Shown here: piece after piece, positions 14,301 to 27,100 of the stretch
Layout of the letters: each line of letters opens with the position of its first letter
Position numbering within the stretch: the first letter of the stretch is position 1
Source: Paraspadella gotoi
Lineage: Eukaryota; Animalia; Chaetognatha
Assembly: GCA_051294375.1 (NCBI GenBank)
Contig: CM119264.1
Span: 19,785,590 to 19,849,589 of the forward strand
Direction of reading: 5' to 3'
DNA: 64,000 bases
Notes under the pieces: generated by a model
What the model was told of the DNA's origin: nothing
Databases searched by the model: none
What the model saw: only the letters and a program-made list of their open reading frames with translations
Translations under genes and position numbers: made by a program

Positions 14301-17300
14301 AATTTGTAATTTGAAATTTTAGCTTATTATATACTTATTACTATATATAAATATAGCTCACTGGTGCCCATAATGTATAAAATTAAAAAATAAATGTACC
14401 AAAGTATTTTTTTGGTTTTTATTTTTGTTTTATATGCTAAATTTTAATTTTTTAATATTTTATAATTTGCACATCACTCTATTGTATATGATATCTAGAA
14501 CATGCTGGTAAACCATTCATTTAAAAAAATATTTTCATTTTTAATAGGTCCTCCTGAGTTTATTAAATCTATGGTGGATTCAGAAGTGGTTTCTGGTGAC
14601 ACTGTAGTATTTGAAACCCAAGTTATTGGGACGCCCATGCCCAAAGTCAACTGGTAAGTTTATTTTTATTAAAAAAATTTATTGGGGTTGTTCAGAAGTT
14701 TAAAGTTTTCATAAATGTTACTTTATTCATTTCAAAGCAAAATATTATGAAACAATTTTTAAAAAAAAATTATGTAGTCTAATAATTATATTTTTAATGG
14801 TATTATATATTGATATAAATTATGATTTAATTTAATTTAACATATTTGGAGAGTTCATGAGAAATAATCAATAGACTATATTCACAAAGAATAATTTTTT
14901 TTTCATGTCAGAGGTTTCGTGAATTTCCTTTCTTTTCGTTGTGGTTGCGTATTGGAAAACGTTTTTAATGTTTTTCTAACAACGACTTTATTGAAAAACC
15001 GTACATGTTTCGACTTACATACAAGCTCCTTCAACGTTAACAAATTGTTTTCGTGAATTTTGAAATTATTTTGTGCAAAAGAAGAAGAGAAAAGAGAGAG
15101 AAAGAGAGAAAAACAGAGAGAGAGGGCAAAGTTTTCAACTCAGAGATGAGAAAAGAATAGTGGTCAGATGTGAGGACGGTTAAGACGAGGACAGATTGAG
15201 TTAGATTGTGAAAGAAATTAAATGGTGAAAGGGAGAGAGAGAGAGAGACAGAAACATTAAAACAAATACATTATGCATTGTACAACAGAGATAAAATTTT
15301 TAAGCTAAAAGTGATAATAATAATTTTAACAATTAACTACTATAAATTAGTGAATATGAAAATGAAAAATGAAAGGTGAAAGATTTGAGGGATATAAGTT
15401 TGGAATAGTTGTTAAAGTGAAAATTTAAGAATAAAGAAAGAGCTCAAAATGAGATGGCCCCTTTGGTTGAAGGCTTCCTTGCGGGAAGAGTCCAAGGGCT
15501 ACCCGAATGTCTGTCTGGCCTGGTACGCTTGTCGACTGCCCTCTTCTCGCCTGCTGGCGAGGCTGGCGGTTGTCCATTCCTGGCTTTTGCAACATGAGTT
15601 GTGGACTCCTCCCCTTCCTCCTGCAGCCGTCTTTGGGTGGGCGCTCACTCCACTGAGAGAGAGAGTGAGTTGCTGCAGGTGAAGGAGAGGCATCGTTTGC
15701 CCATTGCCTGCGCAAAGGTCCCGACTGTTTCTTTGAGTGGATACAGGGGAATCATTGTGGGACGTGGTGGAGACAGGGCATCCACCAAGCGTATCAGAGC
15801 TGGAGGGAGATCGAATCGTCTTCCATCACGGTTCAAAGAGGGCTCAAGGGCTTTGATGTAAATTGCCTCTCTAATACCTCTTTGAGAACCAGTTTGGGTC
15901 ATGGAACAGCACGAGACAGTCTGACTCTCTGAAATAGATGGCCAGTATTTTGCTGTGTGTTTGGCAACAGCAGATAGATAGTAAGGCGGGCCAAAATTGA
16001 CAAAAAATTTTTTACAAAAAATATTTTTTAAGAACGGATTCCTATCGAGCTTGAAAAGTTAAATGAAAGTTAGTACTACAATTTTTTAAAATTTTGACAA
16101 TAAATTGGTTAAAAGTAGAAAAAAACCTTAAAAAATCATCAATCATCATATTGGCTGAATTTATAATTTTTTAAATTTTATAAATAAAACCAAAAAAAAT
16201 TAAAGTTGTAGTAATAACTTTTATCTAACTTTTAAAGCTCTAGCAGAATCTATTAAATTGAAAAATTAAAATAAAAATTTTTAAACTTTATTTGTAGTAA
16301 TTAATAATCGTTAAATGCTCCGCGCTATTTAAAAAATTGATTCAACATTTTTCTTATAGAGATTTCGTTAAATCTGACTACACCAAATTGCAAACGCGAT
16401 TGTCAAACAAATCCGGGTTAGAATCAGTTGTAAAAACGCAGGATTCCGATAGCGTTAACATCTGAAGAGCTTGTCCTATTGTTTTTTCACATTTGATGAG
16501 GATTTGTATCAAAGCAAAGCCAGGGGAAATGCCACTCCTCATAGTCCAGAGAATTTTCAAACCTCAATTTTTCTTATGGAAATGAAAGGGAAAGTTTACA
16601 AACTGAAATTGCAAACGGGATTGCTATTATGTTCCTGTTACTGAAGACTTCGAATTTCGCGATTCCGTATAGCTTTTGTGTTGAATAGCTTTGTCTAATT
16701 TTTTTTTTCATTTATAATTTTTTGACATAAAATTATCAGGTTTAAATGAAATATCTGGTTTGAATCGCGCAGAAATTTTTCTAAGAAAGAAATTAAAAGG
16801 AGGTTGAGAAAAAACCTGATTTTTCCTAATATCTTTTGAGGGAATAAAGATAAAGTGGATGGCAAATAGTAACGCAAAATGAGCATAATCATAGGGCAAC
16901 TTACAAGATCAATTTTTAGAAATTACTTTATACTGAACTCTTACAGGTAAGTGTCAAACTAAGTCAAAATTATAATGAATATTTTATAACTAATGACACC
17001 CATAAGAATAAATTAAAATTAAATTATTGTTTAATGATTCTGAAAGAGAAAAAGGCTAATTGTAACTCTAGTAAAATTATTTAAAGTTTTTTTGGATACA
17101 AGAAAATGTGAATTTTTTTTCACTTAAAATATTTTGCTTGTCTGATTTTCAAGCATGGCTTACAAATTCTACAAAATATTATTAACCCAATAAAGCCTAA
17201 GTATATTTATCCTTCTTTTCACCAGCAAAAGTAACATTATCTTATGAAGAGAACAGGGATGTTACTGAAAGGACTGGAAGAATTCAAACTTCTTCACTTG

Positions 17301-19349
17301 ATGTTATTTTCATATAACAATAAAGCGATTTTTTTTAATTATTTAACTCTCACTAGGCTTCATAAGAATATTACAACTTTCATAATATCCCAATGTTAAT
17401 TAATTTTATATATTTTACCTAGAATCATAAAAATAAGACAGAAAGTTTGTGATTTCCTTCGCTCGTTTAAGAAAAAAAATTAACTAGGCGGGAATTATAA
17501 GTTTGTAAGAGGAAGTCAGATCGGGAGAATCTGAAAAGGCGAGAATGTTGAAAAAGGGAGAGGAATTTTGGTTGTTTTTTGGTCGATTTTTCTAAACCCA
17601 TGGGCCAATTTAACGTAACTTAAAAGATTTACATTATTTCCAGTCATTCTCTATCCAAAAATATAAAAATATTATGAAAAAAGGTTGAAGACGACTATAG
17701 GAATTGGTCTCATAAGTAATAATAATGCTTTAAAATGCTTCCGTGCGCTTATTATAAGATAAATTTAAAAATTATTTTTATTTTAAATTCTTTAACATCA
17801 CTTAACCAATTTAGTTTGAGAACTAGTTTCACTGTTCGGCCAAAGTGCCCTCTCAGCGTCGCGATTAGGGCCTTTGTGTGCTGCTGAAAGTGGGTCACTC
17901 AGAGAGACGCCATGAGTATGCTGCTGCACAGGACTTGGTTTCCCGTTCCTGCACCAGGCCGTCCAATAACCATGATAAAAAATGGGGAAAAAAAAAGTGT
18001 CGGGTTTAAAAAGCCAGTTAATTTTTTGGCTATATAATATAGTTTTAATAAAATGATTATTTTTTAAGCATTAAATTAATTCAATGCATCTCAAATCTTC
18101 CAAAAGAGGTTATCTCTTAATGTTTTCACTTTTTTTTGGATTAAGAAACTACTCATATTGTTGTAAAATTATATCTCTGAACATGAATATTTTTTTATCT
18201 AGATTGGGATATAAAAAGTGGTCTTTAGCAAGCAATAAAAAAGATTGATCTACTAACCAGGGTTTCNNNNNNNNNNNNNNNNNNNNNNNNNCTCTATAAA
18301 GTAAACCAGGTTTGAGTTGTTGCTGCATAATATAATAATTCATTGTCTTTTACTTCAACAATCATTATTTTTTATTTTTGGACTTGTTTGATACTTGATT
18401 TTGATAATATATCTAAAAGTAAATAAAAATGATAACTTTGCTTATAGAAGAGTTACCCGGAACCTTATAACTTTATTGATACTTTACTATTTAAAAATAA
18501 TATTCTATAACATCTACTGCATTAATGTATTTATAATATTGCTCTTTTTTTGACAAATGCATTAAGATTCATGACTGAATCTATCCTAATAAAGATAATG
18601 CAATAACCATTTGACATTAGACTGAGAAAAGGCAGGGATTTTTAATAGTATTGGTTAAACTCAAAAAGTAATAAAAAAGAACTGGAAATGAGTATAAATA
18701 AAAAGTATAGATATAAAAAAATTAAAAATAAATAATTCTTTGGACAACGCATTTTTTTTATATCGAATTCCTGTATTTTTTGTTATACATAAATGAGACA
18801 CAGCTTATATGAATCACAAAAAGCCAAAGTTTTTTTATATCTAAATTTTATTTTTCGATTCTTACATTAAAATGCCAAAAAATAACTGGAAAGTAACTGC
18901 GACACTTTTTTTTTCCATTATGGTAGACGGCTCCTGATGTTTTCGGTCTGGGGATTTTATCTTTCGGTTTCACCAATTGCTCACGTAGAGAGCCGCGGGT
19001 CGTCACTGAGGTGGAGATCCCCTGATCCAATGACACAGTGATTCCCTGGTGGTAGGGGAGGGACAGGTGACCCACGTTCTTAGGGCGCTTCTGCTTATCA
19101 TCCAGGTGCGCTGTGGTGAGCGCGATTGGCTCTTCAGCAGCAAGTGCCCTTTCTTCCTCCTGGGGGACGGAGGTAGAATCTGCGTTAGCGGTTACTTGGG
19201 CAGCCCCTGAGTGGCCACTGCTCTCAACCAGATACTGCCGGTACCTGGCTTTCTCGAAGGTCCACAATGGGTAACCACTGATCGCCAAGGCTCTTTTGAC
19301 GTGCTCAAGCTCGGCGGCCTGAAGCTCGAGGAACTTTGCCCTCTCTCTG

Positions 19350-19385
<36 letters not shown>

Positions 19386-22244
19386 CTTCTTTTGCACAAA
19401 ATAATTTCAAAATTCACAAAAGCAATTTGATAACGATGAAGAAGGCTTGTATGTAAGCCGAAACATGTACGTTTTTACAAATAAAGTCGTTGTAGAAAAG
19501 CATTAAAAACGTCTTCCATGTCAGAGGTTAAAATTCGGAAAAGCATTTAGCATTTTTTAAAATTTTCTCCAGAAAAGTTTAATTATGTCTATCGTTTATC
19601 CATCATAGTAGAAAAAAAACATTTTAAAACATTTTTTTATTTGTTCATTTGGAATGTGTAGCTTTTTTGCAAATGGATCTGTCGGATGTGCTATTCAGGT
19701 CCGACTCTACAAATCTCTTTGTCGGTCTGTTGGTCCTCCCCTATACGTTAAAACTCACTCGTGGAACCCGCTACTTCAGAAGAATTAAGACTATTAAACG
19801 GGTGGGGTTCTTTCTCTCTCTCACTTTCTCCCTCATAGTCTCGCTTTGACATTCCCTCCCTCTCTCTATCTCTCGCCCTTTCTTAGTTTCATGAGGGGAC
19901 CCAGTGATAATAATGATATCATATGCTTAAGGGTCTATTTGAATGGTAATAGTCATTAATTTTTATCGAGCCTTGACCGGCGAAGCTCGGGTTTCAGGCT
20001 CTCTATATGTTTTAGTGTGCTTCTTTGTGACGTAGTCGTCGCTCGTCGTCGTCGTTGTCGTCCGTCACGCTTTTTTATATAAAACTACTACGCTTTTATA
20101 GGTTTGGCTGTGACTTACCGTTTTTTTTTAAATAAAAATTATTATGAATTATGATAAAGTTTTACAAAAGTGTGCGATCATAGTAAGTTAAAAATTTAGA
20201 ATATGGCTTTCATCTTGAAATAGCTGTGATATTTTCATATTACATTTGGATTTAAGTATTTTTTGTTTGAATTTCCACTTCATTATGATTTACTGCAATA
20301 TGCAAATGAGATTAAAGTACTCATTATAATATCCAAATTAGTATATAGAAATGCTTTAATCTAATTTACATATTGCAGTATATAATATTGAAGATGAAAT
20401 TCAAAAATTTTTTTTTTAAAATATAATAAAAATGGGAACTCAAAATATTTTTAATGAGAAGCTATATCTTAATTTTAATACAAATAAAAATAAATCTTTT
20501 ACAAACTGCGATTGGAAAAATTGGAAAAATTTCCATATGTAAACAATTGTAACATATTTTTGCCTTTCTTTTATTTCTTTAAATTATATATATATTTTTT
20601 TCTTTTAGAAAAACGAGTTCAGTCTCTGCATGACCGTACACGCCTTCCAGCAGCTGTCCAGCTTTGTTTCTCTGTCTGTCTCTCTGTCTCTCTCTGTGAC
20701 TCTCTCTGTCTCTCTCTCTCTCTCTCTGGTGTACGATTTTTGCGTGATCGTTCGTTTTTGAAAATTCTGATTATTTTTTCCTTCTAAAAACTTTTATATC
20801 ACCATTATCCCAAATTTACATCCAGATTTTCGTGGATTTATTTAGAAAAGTGAAGAATAACTCATACGTCAGAAATTTTACGCTTCTCTCCATTTCTCTC
20901 CGTCTCTAACATGATTGTTATTAAAGAAAAAAAATATAATAAGCAAATAGCATATTAATACAGATTTACATTGCCAGAGGAAATCTTTTCATACTCTGTC
21001 CAATGTTGTTGACGAAAAACCTTAAATTTTTTTCACAATTTGAATATGCCGGATTGTATGCTATATGCCGATCATTTTACTGCCCATTTTTGCCGGTTTA
21101 TGGTAACTACCAAACAAGTATCTAGTTTATCAAGTTCCATTAGTGAGCAGTGATGAATTGAAATGTGTGTCCATTTTCTTTGTTTCATATCGATTCAGTA
21201 ATTTTTTGTTTGAATTTCCACTTCATTATAATTTACTGCAATATGCTAATTAGATTATAGTACTTACTGCAATATCAAATTGTATATAGTAAACTATATT
21301 TTAATTTGGCGACGAGTAAACGAGTTCCGCCTATGCAGCGTCTGTTCAGCTTCTTTCTTCTCTCTCTCTCTCTCTTCTCTCCTCTCTCTTTCTGTCTTTT
21401 TCTCTCTTTACGATCTCTTGCTTGATCGTTCGTTTTTTGAAAAATTCTGATTATTTTTTTCTTTCTAAAAACTTTTATTATCGCCATTTATTCCACGCTT
21501 TTTTTTTTTCAATACAAAATCCAAAATTTATATCTGAGATTTTCGTGGATTTTTTTGAGAAAATGTGAAGAATAACTTACTTGACCTGGATTTTGTGGCC
21601 GTTGCAGGGCAACGAGTAGTCAATGTCAAGGAACATGACCTAAAAACGCGTTTTGATGGTAATGGAAACGTTACGTGTATATTGTATAATAGGATCAACT
21701 TGACCGAGATCACGCCGCCGTTGCGAGGCAACGGAAATACGTTTTTTCTTTTTATTTTTCTCTCTCTCTCTCTCTCTCTGATTATTTTTTTCCTTCTAAA
21801 AACTTTTATTATCACCATTTATTCCGCGCTTTTTTCTCTTTACCTGGATTTCGTGACCGTTGCGAGGCAACGAGTAAACAATGTCAAGGAACATGACCTA
21901 ATAATGTGATAACGCGATATTATTATTATTATTTGGAAGTCAAAAATATCATAGTCGTTAACTGAGTATTTTCAACTATATATTTTGTTAATAGGGATTA
22001 TAATTTTTCAATGTACAAAAAATTTCTTATATGGCTTCTTTTTCTCTCTCTCTCTCGCTCTTTTTTTTTTCCTTCTAAAAACTTTTATTATCGCCATTTA
22101 TTCCGCGCTTTTTTTTTTTCTCAATACAAAATCCCAAGTTTACATCCGAGATTTTCGTGGATTTTTTTCTTAAAAATTCTGATTATTCTTTATATAAACG
22201 AGAGAGACCTAATAATGCGTTTCGTTGGCGGGAAAACTGTCCAG

Positions 22245-22294
<50 letters not shown>

Positions 22295-24079
22295 ACTCAT
22301 ACACGCCTTTGTTTGTTTTATTTACGATGAATGATTCATCGCGTCAATAAATTACTATCATCGCATCAATGAATGACTATCATCGTATCAATGAATGATT
22401 ATCATCATATCAATAAATGACTATCATCGCATCAATCATTTGATTATCATCACATCAGTCATTTTGTTATCATCGCATCAATTATTGGTTATCGCGTCAA
22501 TATTTGGTTATCATCGCATCAATATTTGGTTATCATCGCATCAATATTTGGTTACCATCGAAAGCGGCTCGATCCTTATGCTTTTAAGATTTTTTTTTAT
22601 GAGATAGTGGTGAAAAAAATTCTTATCTTTTATCGTTGATCCTACCGAAATATTGTTATCATCCGTTATTTTTTTTATTTTTAAATGTACAAAGTTAAGA
22701 TTTTAGGTTTAAGCCTTGTTGAACGAAGGCTTTACCAGACAAATATTTTTTAAAATTTTTATATGCATTTAAAAGCAGAAAAATCAAATCTAAATTATAT
22801 TATTATAAAAATAAACTATAATAACCTTTAATTAATATTCATAATTATCATTTAAAAGTATTAATAAACTCTATTGATTCCTAATTATAATAATTAAGAA
22901 TTTAGCAAAAGTACTGAATCTTTGTTTTCTTTTTATATTTATATTACTTTAAAGGGTTTTATTTTTATTTAACTAATTTAACAATTTTTACAATATGAAA
23001 TAGTTTGAAATATAAGTATTTTGTCCTTTTACAACCAAATGGACTTATGATGTTAGAATTTAATTAAATTCATTTTCCTTATGCATGGAAACATTTTAAT
23101 ATTTAACAATATATAAGAAATGCTTAAAAATTTTTTTGAAATATTTAATTTTTAAAAATGGATTCTGATAAAGATTAAAAATATAGATAAAGATTAGTAT
23201 TATAAATTTTAATGATAAATGAGTTTAAATTTAAAAAAACCTTAAAAAATCATCATCATCGATAACATTTAAAAAATTTGTTAGTTTTTATTAATTTTTA
23301 TAAACAAATCATTAAAATTTCAAAAAGTTGTAATAATAATCTTTATTTAACTTTTCAAGCTCTATCTGAATCCGATAAATTAAAATTTACCTCCAAAATT
23401 TTTAGGCGGATCTGCTTATCAGCAGATTCCGACTCTATAATTCACTCAGTCGGTCTCCCCTCCCGCTAGTCTTGTCAGGCATTCACTTAAATAATGTTAG
23501 AACCTCGAATTGTGATAAATTATGCTAAAAAATGTCCGTCCATCCGTCCGTCTGTCCGTCCCACCTTAGCAAAAAACTTTAATTACTCATTATTGGATGG
23601 TTAGATTAGAGTGAAATTTTGTGTGTGGGTAGGAAACTGTGTGATTGAGCTGGATATGAAGTTTCGATAGAATTGTACGAGTGAAAAAAATCTTAAAACC
23701 AATAGGGATCGAGCCTGCTTTTGATGATAACCAAATATTGATACGAAGATAACCAAATATTGATACGATGATAACCAAAGGATTGATGCGATAATAACCA
23801 AATGATGGATGCGATGATAATCATTTATTGATACAATGATAATCATTCATTGATGTGATGATAGTACTTCATTGATCGGATGATAATCATTCATTGATGC
23901 GATGATAGTCATTCATTGATGCGATAATAATCATTCATTGATGTGATGATAGTACTTCATTGATCGGATGATAATCATTCATTGATACGATGATAGTCAA
24001 TTAGTCATTCATTGATGCGATGATAGTCATTCTTTAATGCGATGCTAGTCATTCATTGACGCGATGAGTTAATTAGAGT

Positions 24080-24110
<31 letters not shown>

Positions 24111-27100
24111 CGTGGATTTTTATTTTTTTCCTTCTAAAACTTTTATTATTATTTTATTATTCTTTCTGTATTTCTTTCTCAATCAACTCTCTGTTACTCT
24201 CTCTCTCTCTTTCTTTCTCTAATTAACTCATCACATCAATGAATGACTAGCATCACATCAATGAATGACTATCATCGCATCAATGAATGATTATCATCCA
24301 ATCAATGAAGGACTATCATCGCATCAATGAATGATTATCATCGCATCAATGAATGACTATCATCGCATCCATCATTTGGTTATCATCGCATCAATCCTTC
24401 GGTTATCATCGCATCAATATTTGGTTATCATCGCATCAATATTTGGTTATCATTGCATCAATATTTGGTTATTATCAAAAGTAGGCTCGATCCCTATTGC
24501 TTTTAAGATTTTTTTAAATAACTTTTGAAAGAAAATAGGTAGAAAAATGGGTGTGGTATCAAATTAAAGCCCTAATCATGGGACACCTTTCTAAAAAAGT
24601 TTTATTAAATTAAATCCATAAATCCTACACAGCTTTTGTTTAAATCAAAGTTAAAAGTATAACAGTTTTTTGCTTTAGAAATTTCAATGAAGGCATATGA
24701 AATTTTTTACTTTTCTTTTGTAATTTTAAAAAGGAAAGACTGAATTACATTTTGATTACTATTAAATTTTCTTTTTTCATAAAATTGCTTATATTTTTCA
24801 GTTAAAGTAAAAAACAAGCAAAAATTTATATTGTAGTTGATAAAATGTATTTTTAAATATGAAAAATGATAAATACAAAAGGCAGTGATTTCTATTCGGG
24901 TATTTTCAACAATAGAATTGAAACTTATATAACTATTATTTCTTTTTTTTCCACTGATTAATATAAAATACGCTTTATTTAAAAAAACGGTTGGCTATAG
25001 TTATTTTCTCCTTATAACATCGAACTCACTGGGTGAATTTCTATGCTTTCAAAATACGGTAAGACATCATTTCTTTTACCTTAAGATGAAACTAAAACGA
25101 TTTTTCATGGTAAGGGAAACTTTTAAAGATTAAATTGCTCGTCAGATCTATCACGTTTTTTAGATATACTACAGATTAAGCAAAAAAACGGCACGCTATA
25201 TTTTAAAACTTTTTTCCATTTTTTCCACTATTTTTTTCTCTCTTGAACCTTCTCTCTGTCCCTCTTTTTTCTCTCTTTCTCTCTGTCTTTCTCTCCCTTT
25301 CTCCGACTTTTCTGTCTTCATATTTTCTGTGTCATCCATTCTTTTCTTCCTTTACCTTTATTTCTCTTCCTCTCTATCTCTGCTTTTCTCTCCCTCTCTG
25401 ATTATTTTTCTTCCCTCTTTCTTATCTTTTCTTTTCTCTTAATTGTTTTCGTTTTCCCCCTTCTCCCATATATTAATTTCTTTCCACTCTTTCTCTCTCT
25501 CCCTACAACTTTTTTTCACACATGCTCTCTCTTCTCTTATCTTTTTTTCATTCTCACTCATTTTTTGCATTTATATCATACTGGATGTATAAAAATCTTT
25601 AAAATGTATTGTAAGAAAAAAAATCTTGGGTAGCGTATGGTTTTATTCAAAGTTTGGTTGCCTAGCAGATTTAAAAAACGACAGATTTTTGCGGAAATTT
25701 TTTCCGCAAAAACCTGTCGATTGAGAGGAAAAAAATTACTGACGCTTTCCATTACATTAAAAGAATGCGGTTTTTTTAATTCGTTAACCTTAGTATATTT
25801 CTCATCTATTAAAACTATAAAATAAGTCAAAAACCGAGTTTTAGTTCAAATAAAACGCACCTCACAAATCCTCACAAATTAAAAGTTGACTTAAAAATTT
25901 AATTTCTGCAAAACTATTAAATTTTTTGCCCTAATTTTTTAGGTACCAGAAGCACCATTGAAAGGGAATATTTGATTAGATTTGTGGACATTTTGAAGTA
26001 TTTTCGTTTAACAAATTGTAATAAAATGTAAAAATGTATTTTTTTTACTAGTCAATTTAAAAATTAATTCATAGGCAAACAATGGATGACCAACGGTAAA
26101 TGAACCCACTCAGTAGTAAAGAAGATAAGAAGTACCCGAAATCCGGAGTAAAAATTTTTCTTCAATGATCTTGACGTTCAAATCTCAAAACAAAAGTCAA
26201 AATGGACAAAAATGGACAGAATTTTTTTTATTAAAAGTTGCAAAAATTATATCGATTCTTGATTAGAAAAAGCAGCAGATGATTTTAATTAATCCGTAGT
26301 CCAGCCCACTTTGTTCTAGGGTTCAAATTTAATCAATTCTGTTGATAATATTCTAGCAATATTGCAAAAAGTGGTTTTTTGCTGAATTCCTCGATAGAAA
26401 TCACTGCCAAAAATGTTTTCAGCTTGATATAAACAGTCTGGACATCTACCTTCTTATCTGTGAAAAAAAATCGTTATTTTTTATTATCTATAACTGCAAA
26501 CAAAAAGCTTGACACATTGCTTGTTTATCATAATAAAGTTTAAAAAAATTATATAGTTGGCAACATATTTGACAATGTGTTAAATTGTATTGATAATTTT
26601 CTTTTAAATATAGCAAGGAATTTAATTCTATTATTTATCATCCATTTTAATTAAGAAAAAATATTTCTCGTAATAGCCCATTGGGTTCATTGACTGACTT
26701 AATGATCGAATTTTTTAGGTTTCTTTACTGCCCCCATTTCACAAGATATAAAAGGTCATGGTTATCATGTCAGTAAGTCCAGATTATCTGTACCCTTTCT
26801 GCAACCTGCATTCCGAATTTTTTTTTTCCTTTTCAAAAGTATTAAATAAAAAAAATATTTGAGAGAATAATCGGCGTGGAGGATGCTATTGGTAAGCCAC
26901 TTCCCACTTCCCGATCGAATTTTTATATTTGCTTTTTTAAAAATTGTTATATTACAATTCTATGAATAAGTAACTTTTTAAAGAAATTTATCATTTTTCA
27001 CCCTATATTCAGTCATTTCTAAAAAACAAAAAAAGATTTTTTATTGATATTATTTATATCAACATATGAAACTATAACATTTCAAAAAATAAAAAGAAAT

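Larger units (their letters stand above)
14917..19516 (-). mobile_element. 5'-truncated Penelope-like retroelement (RT thumb/linker plus GIY-YIG endonuclease), interrupted by two DNA transposons
   Basis: 13-bp direct repeat catgtcagaggtt at 14904-14916 and 19517-19529. Minus-strand peptides ALAISGYP...LSLPYHQG...LVKPKD...SGAVY | WTAC...C...YMG | SAVAKH...GIREAIYIK..PSLNRDG (the last two read cleanly in the copy at 1-1270). Inverted pLTR fragment 19332-19516 matches 14955-15135, both with hammerhead motifs. Confidence 0.88.

Noticed and set aside
20512-22334. Several 60-115 aa ORFs in CT/GA-rich sequence
   Set aside because: Products of microsatellites and internal duplications of a HINE-like element; no splice or protein motifs.
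22335-24478. CRISPR-like appearance of regularly spaced repeats
   Set aside because: Units are contiguous 22-mers with no unique spacers, there are no cas genes, and the context is a eukaryotic intron.
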